Shown piece after piece: positions 25,202 through 27,462 of a stretch of 27,462 nt of DNA. The notes under the pieces were generated by a model. It worked only from the letters and a program-made list of their open reading frames with translations. It had not been told where the DNA came from and did not search any database. This stretch comes from a virus (taxonomy: Duplodnaviria > Caudoviricetes). The translations under genes were made by a program, and so were the position numbers. The stretch covers positions 1 through 27,462 of IMG/VR virus record IMGVR_UViG_3300048881_000224, one strand, 5' to 3'. Every line of letters starts with the position of its first letter. Position 1 is the first letter of the stretch.

Positions 25202-26002
25202 ATGGCTAAGAAGAAAGATAAATATTTATTTTCGTCGGGATACAACGACCAATCAGATGCTTTGGCTAACAGAGCCAATCAGGTTATTGAACTCTATCAT
25301 ATACCCAGTGGTAGAAGCGTAGCCTTCAAAGCTTATATTACTACGTTTTCCGATCAATATAGTTCGGAATGGAATTCAGAAAATGTTTTTGGTCGCATGG
25401 ACCCTATTCAAACATTCAAGAGCACAAGTCGAAAAATCTCATTAGGGTGGGACATTCCGGCCGGATCTTTTATAGAGGCAAAAGAAAACTTGCACAAAGC
25501 CTCGCTCCTGTTATCAATGTTATATCCCGAGTATGAAGCCGGGTCAGGTGGCGCAACCACCATGACAGCGGGTCCAATGTTTAAACTTAAATTTTTGAAC
25601 CTTATCCAAGATTCAGAGCTAGGAAATTCTCCTAAATCTACCGTGCAGGATACCGGCTTGCTTGGGACTATTGCTGGTCTTACTTATGAGCCAGATTTTG
25701 ATAGCGGATTTTTTCAACCTACGAATACAGGAATTGATGGTGTAACGTCTGCTGATGTAGGAAAGTTATTTCCTCAAACTATTAAATTTTCAGCGGAATT
25801 TACTGTTTTACATCGGCACAAGTTGGGATGGAAAACGACAAAGCGTGAAGAAGGATTTAATAAATTTCCCTATACCATTAAAGAAGGCGCACAACCCGCA
25901 CCTAATGTTGCGCCCGCATCATCGACCGATAACAGAACTGTGGTCGATAGAACTCAAGCGGCCGCCGCAGCAAACATTGGCAACACAGGAGGAACCACAT
26001 AA
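25202..26002 (+). CDS. Baseplate/tube initiator protein (gp48/gp54-like tube fold)
   Basis: FKAYITTFSDQYSSEWNSENVFGRMDPIQTFKSTSRKISLGW pattern. Post-TMP position. Confidence 0.65.
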   Translation: MAKKKDKYLFSSGYNDQSDALANRANQVIELYHIPSGRSVAFKAYITTFSDQYSSEWNSENVFGRMDPIQTFKSTSRKISLGWDIPAGSFIEAKENLHKASLLLSMLYPEYEAGSGGATTMTAGPMFKLKFLNLIQDSELGNSPKSTVQDTGLLGTIAGLTYEPDFDSGFFQPTNTGIDGVTSADVGKLFPQTIKFSAEFTVLHRHKLGWKTTKREEGFNKFPYTIKEGAQPAPNVAPASSTDNRTVVDRTQAAAAANIGNTGGTT

Positions 26003-26340
26003 TGACTTCCAGATACATAGATCGACAAATTGGAATTAATCGTAAAGAACAATACGAAAAGATTTTAAAAGAAAAAGGGATCAGATTTATGCGTCAGTAT
26101 TTTTCTCCTAACTTCAAACACCCCACTGTTAAGGACGTAATGCAACTAGAGTTAGTGGGTCATGTGTGGTCATTAGGCGATAGGTTTTATAAACTTGCTT
26201 ATGAATATTATGGTGACTCCACATTATGGTGGGTAATTGCGTGGTATAATCAAACTCCTACTGAGGCTCAAGTACAAATAGGCGACACCTTACAGATTCC
26301 GTTGCCTTTAGATAAGATACTTAGAATGTTGGGAGTGTAA
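26002..26340 (+). CDS. LysM-like baseplate wedge protein (gp53 / P2 gpX-like)
   Basis: GDRFYKLAYEYYGDSTLWWVIAWYN...IGDTLQIP. AGGAGG SD. TAATG overlap with the upstream gene. Confidence 0.8.
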   Translation: MTSRYIDRQIGINRKEQYEKILKEKGIRFMRQYFSPNFKHPTVKDVMQLELVGHVWSLGDRFYKLAYEYYGDSTLWWVIAWYNQTPTEAQVQIGDTLQIPLPLDKILRMLGV

Positions 26341-26343
26341 GTT

Positions 26344-27462
26344 TTGGCAGACCCAACACAAGAAGAAGAAAATCCAAAGCGGTTTTTACCTCAATGCTTT
26401 ATGATGGAGTTTTATCGTGACTTCGTAAAGAGAAATATTAACACAACTTATGGTTCCTATTGTAAAATAAATGTTGAGCCTTCGAAAGCAATTAATAGCA
26501 TAATGAACAAGAAATCGGCTTTTGCAATAAATAAACTAACGCCGGTTCAGTTATCAAGATTGGTTCCGAAATTTAGATTGTTCAAGTTATATAATAACGC
26601 AGAGCCCCAAGAGTTTACATTTGATTCTCATACTACTTTGTTTGATGGTCCCACTAATACTTTTTCTAAGCACAAAGATCTTGTTCTACGCCCCACAAAG
26701 AAACCTATGTCGGTTGGATTTAAAAGTTTTCGATGGGAAGATTTGGGAACCAATCCCGCCAATCAAGGACTGTCCTTTAAAGCGTCGTTATCTTTGGTGT
26801 GTCCTAACATGCAATCTCTATTTCGCAAAGTGAATGGTCTAGCGTTTGACGAATTGATTTGCCCCGCTTCACGAAAGAGTAATTCCCCTAATCCTATTTA
26901 TGATGGTAAAGAAAATCGTATGCGAGCCGACGTGGGGTGGGCCTTTCCGTCATCTTTCAATAATGCACCTGAAATGTGGGGAACCGAGGAACAGAAGGGG
27001 AAAATTTATGATGCCATTAAAGCTTCTCAGGTGAGCTTGTTTTTAAATTTGGTAAGCCATGAGCTTTCTATCAATGAAGATGGAACCATAGAACTAAACA
27101 TAGAGTTCATGGCATCTTTAGAAGCAGCACTTTCTTCACCTAGTTCTAATTTATTTGCTCTTGGTAAGGAAGAAAGTGCAGCAGTAAAGAAATTAGAAGA
27201 TGATATCAAACTATATGAAGAAATGCATAAAACCGAAGCCAAGACTATTAAAGACATGTGCGAGCGCAGCGACGATGCGTGTGCGTGGTGGGGTGATGAT
27301 GATGATATTGACAAAGTACAAGAGACACACAAAGGCACGGGAAAACTAATTGAGGAAAAGAAAAAAGAATTGGCAGCGTTGCAAGATTCTCAAGCTGGCG
27401 TCAAATATCAGGCATTGTTGGAACGAATGACCGAAAAAGGTCGCTTCTTTTATATCGACTTA
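26344..27462 (+). CDS. Large baseplate protein, probably the hub (gp27-like); 5' part only, missing from the ORF track
   Basis: Hand-translated frame is open from TTG 26344 (GGAG SD 8 nt upstream; alternative ATG 26401) to the window end, 373 codons. Contains LVPKFRLFK, GFKSFRWEDLGTNP, RADVGW and HELSINEDGTIELNIEF. The hub call rests on synteny. Confidence 0.7.
   Translation, partial: MADPTQEEENPKRFLPQCFMMEFYRDFVKRNINTTYGSYCKINVEPSKAINSIMNKKSAFAINKLTPVQLSRLVPKFRLFKLYNNAEPQEFTFDSHTTLFDGPTNTFSKHKDLVLRPTKKPMSVGFKSFRWEDLGTNPANQGLSFKASLSLVCPNMQSLFRKVNGLAFDELICPASRKSNSPNPIYDGKENRMRADVGWAFPSSFNNAPEMWGTEEQKGKIYDAIKASQVSLFLNLVSHELSINEDGTIELNIEFMASLEAALSSPSSNLFALGKEESAAVKKLEDDIKLYEEMHKTEAKTIKDMCERSDDACAWWGDDDDIDKVQETHKGTGKLIEEKKKELAALQDSQAGVKYQALLERMTEKGRFFYIDL

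Noticed and set aside
26621-27338. Short ORFs 26621..26833 (+) and 27027..27338 (-)
   Set aside because: Both lie within the long open frame 26344..>27462, which the track missed because it has no stop in the window.
1-27462. Alternative genetic code, introns or inteins
   Set aside because: Genes tile densely under the standard code with TAA, TAG and TGA all acting as stops. TerL, portal, MCP and sheath are uninterrupted and show no intein or homing endonuclease motifs that I could see.

Overview
The whole window is the + strand virion morphogenesis (late) region of a large tailed dsDNA phage, a myovirus with T4-like structural proteins. It uses the standard genetic code and contains no tRNA, CRISPR array or mobile element that I can see. 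Gene order: small putative head or internal proteins, large terminase, portal, a five-gene accessory cassette ending in a tubulin/FtsZ-family GTPase, prohead protease, a ParB/Srx-domain protein, a hypothetical gene, ribosomal protein bS21, a small putative virion protein, scaffold, major capsid, neck (gp13/14/15-like), sheath, tube, a gp26-like/gp51-like pair joined by a probable +1 frameshift, a hypothetical gene, tape measure and baseplate genes (the last runs off the window). The most notable observations are: (1) a tubulin with an acidic N-terminal arm inside the head operon, behind a CxxC membrane protein and an unannotated 36-aa Cys peptide with a hairpin; (2) a recurring 'KxSKxxLxxIIxEE' tag that brackets a ParB/Srx domain and looks like a cleavable capsid-loading signal; (3) a recurring ACTA(A/T/C)TTA putative late promoter; (4) a U7 frameshift site in the tail chaperone locus; (5) a phage bS21 among strongly SD-led structural genes. 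All product calls rest on motifs recognised by eye plus synteny. No searches were run.
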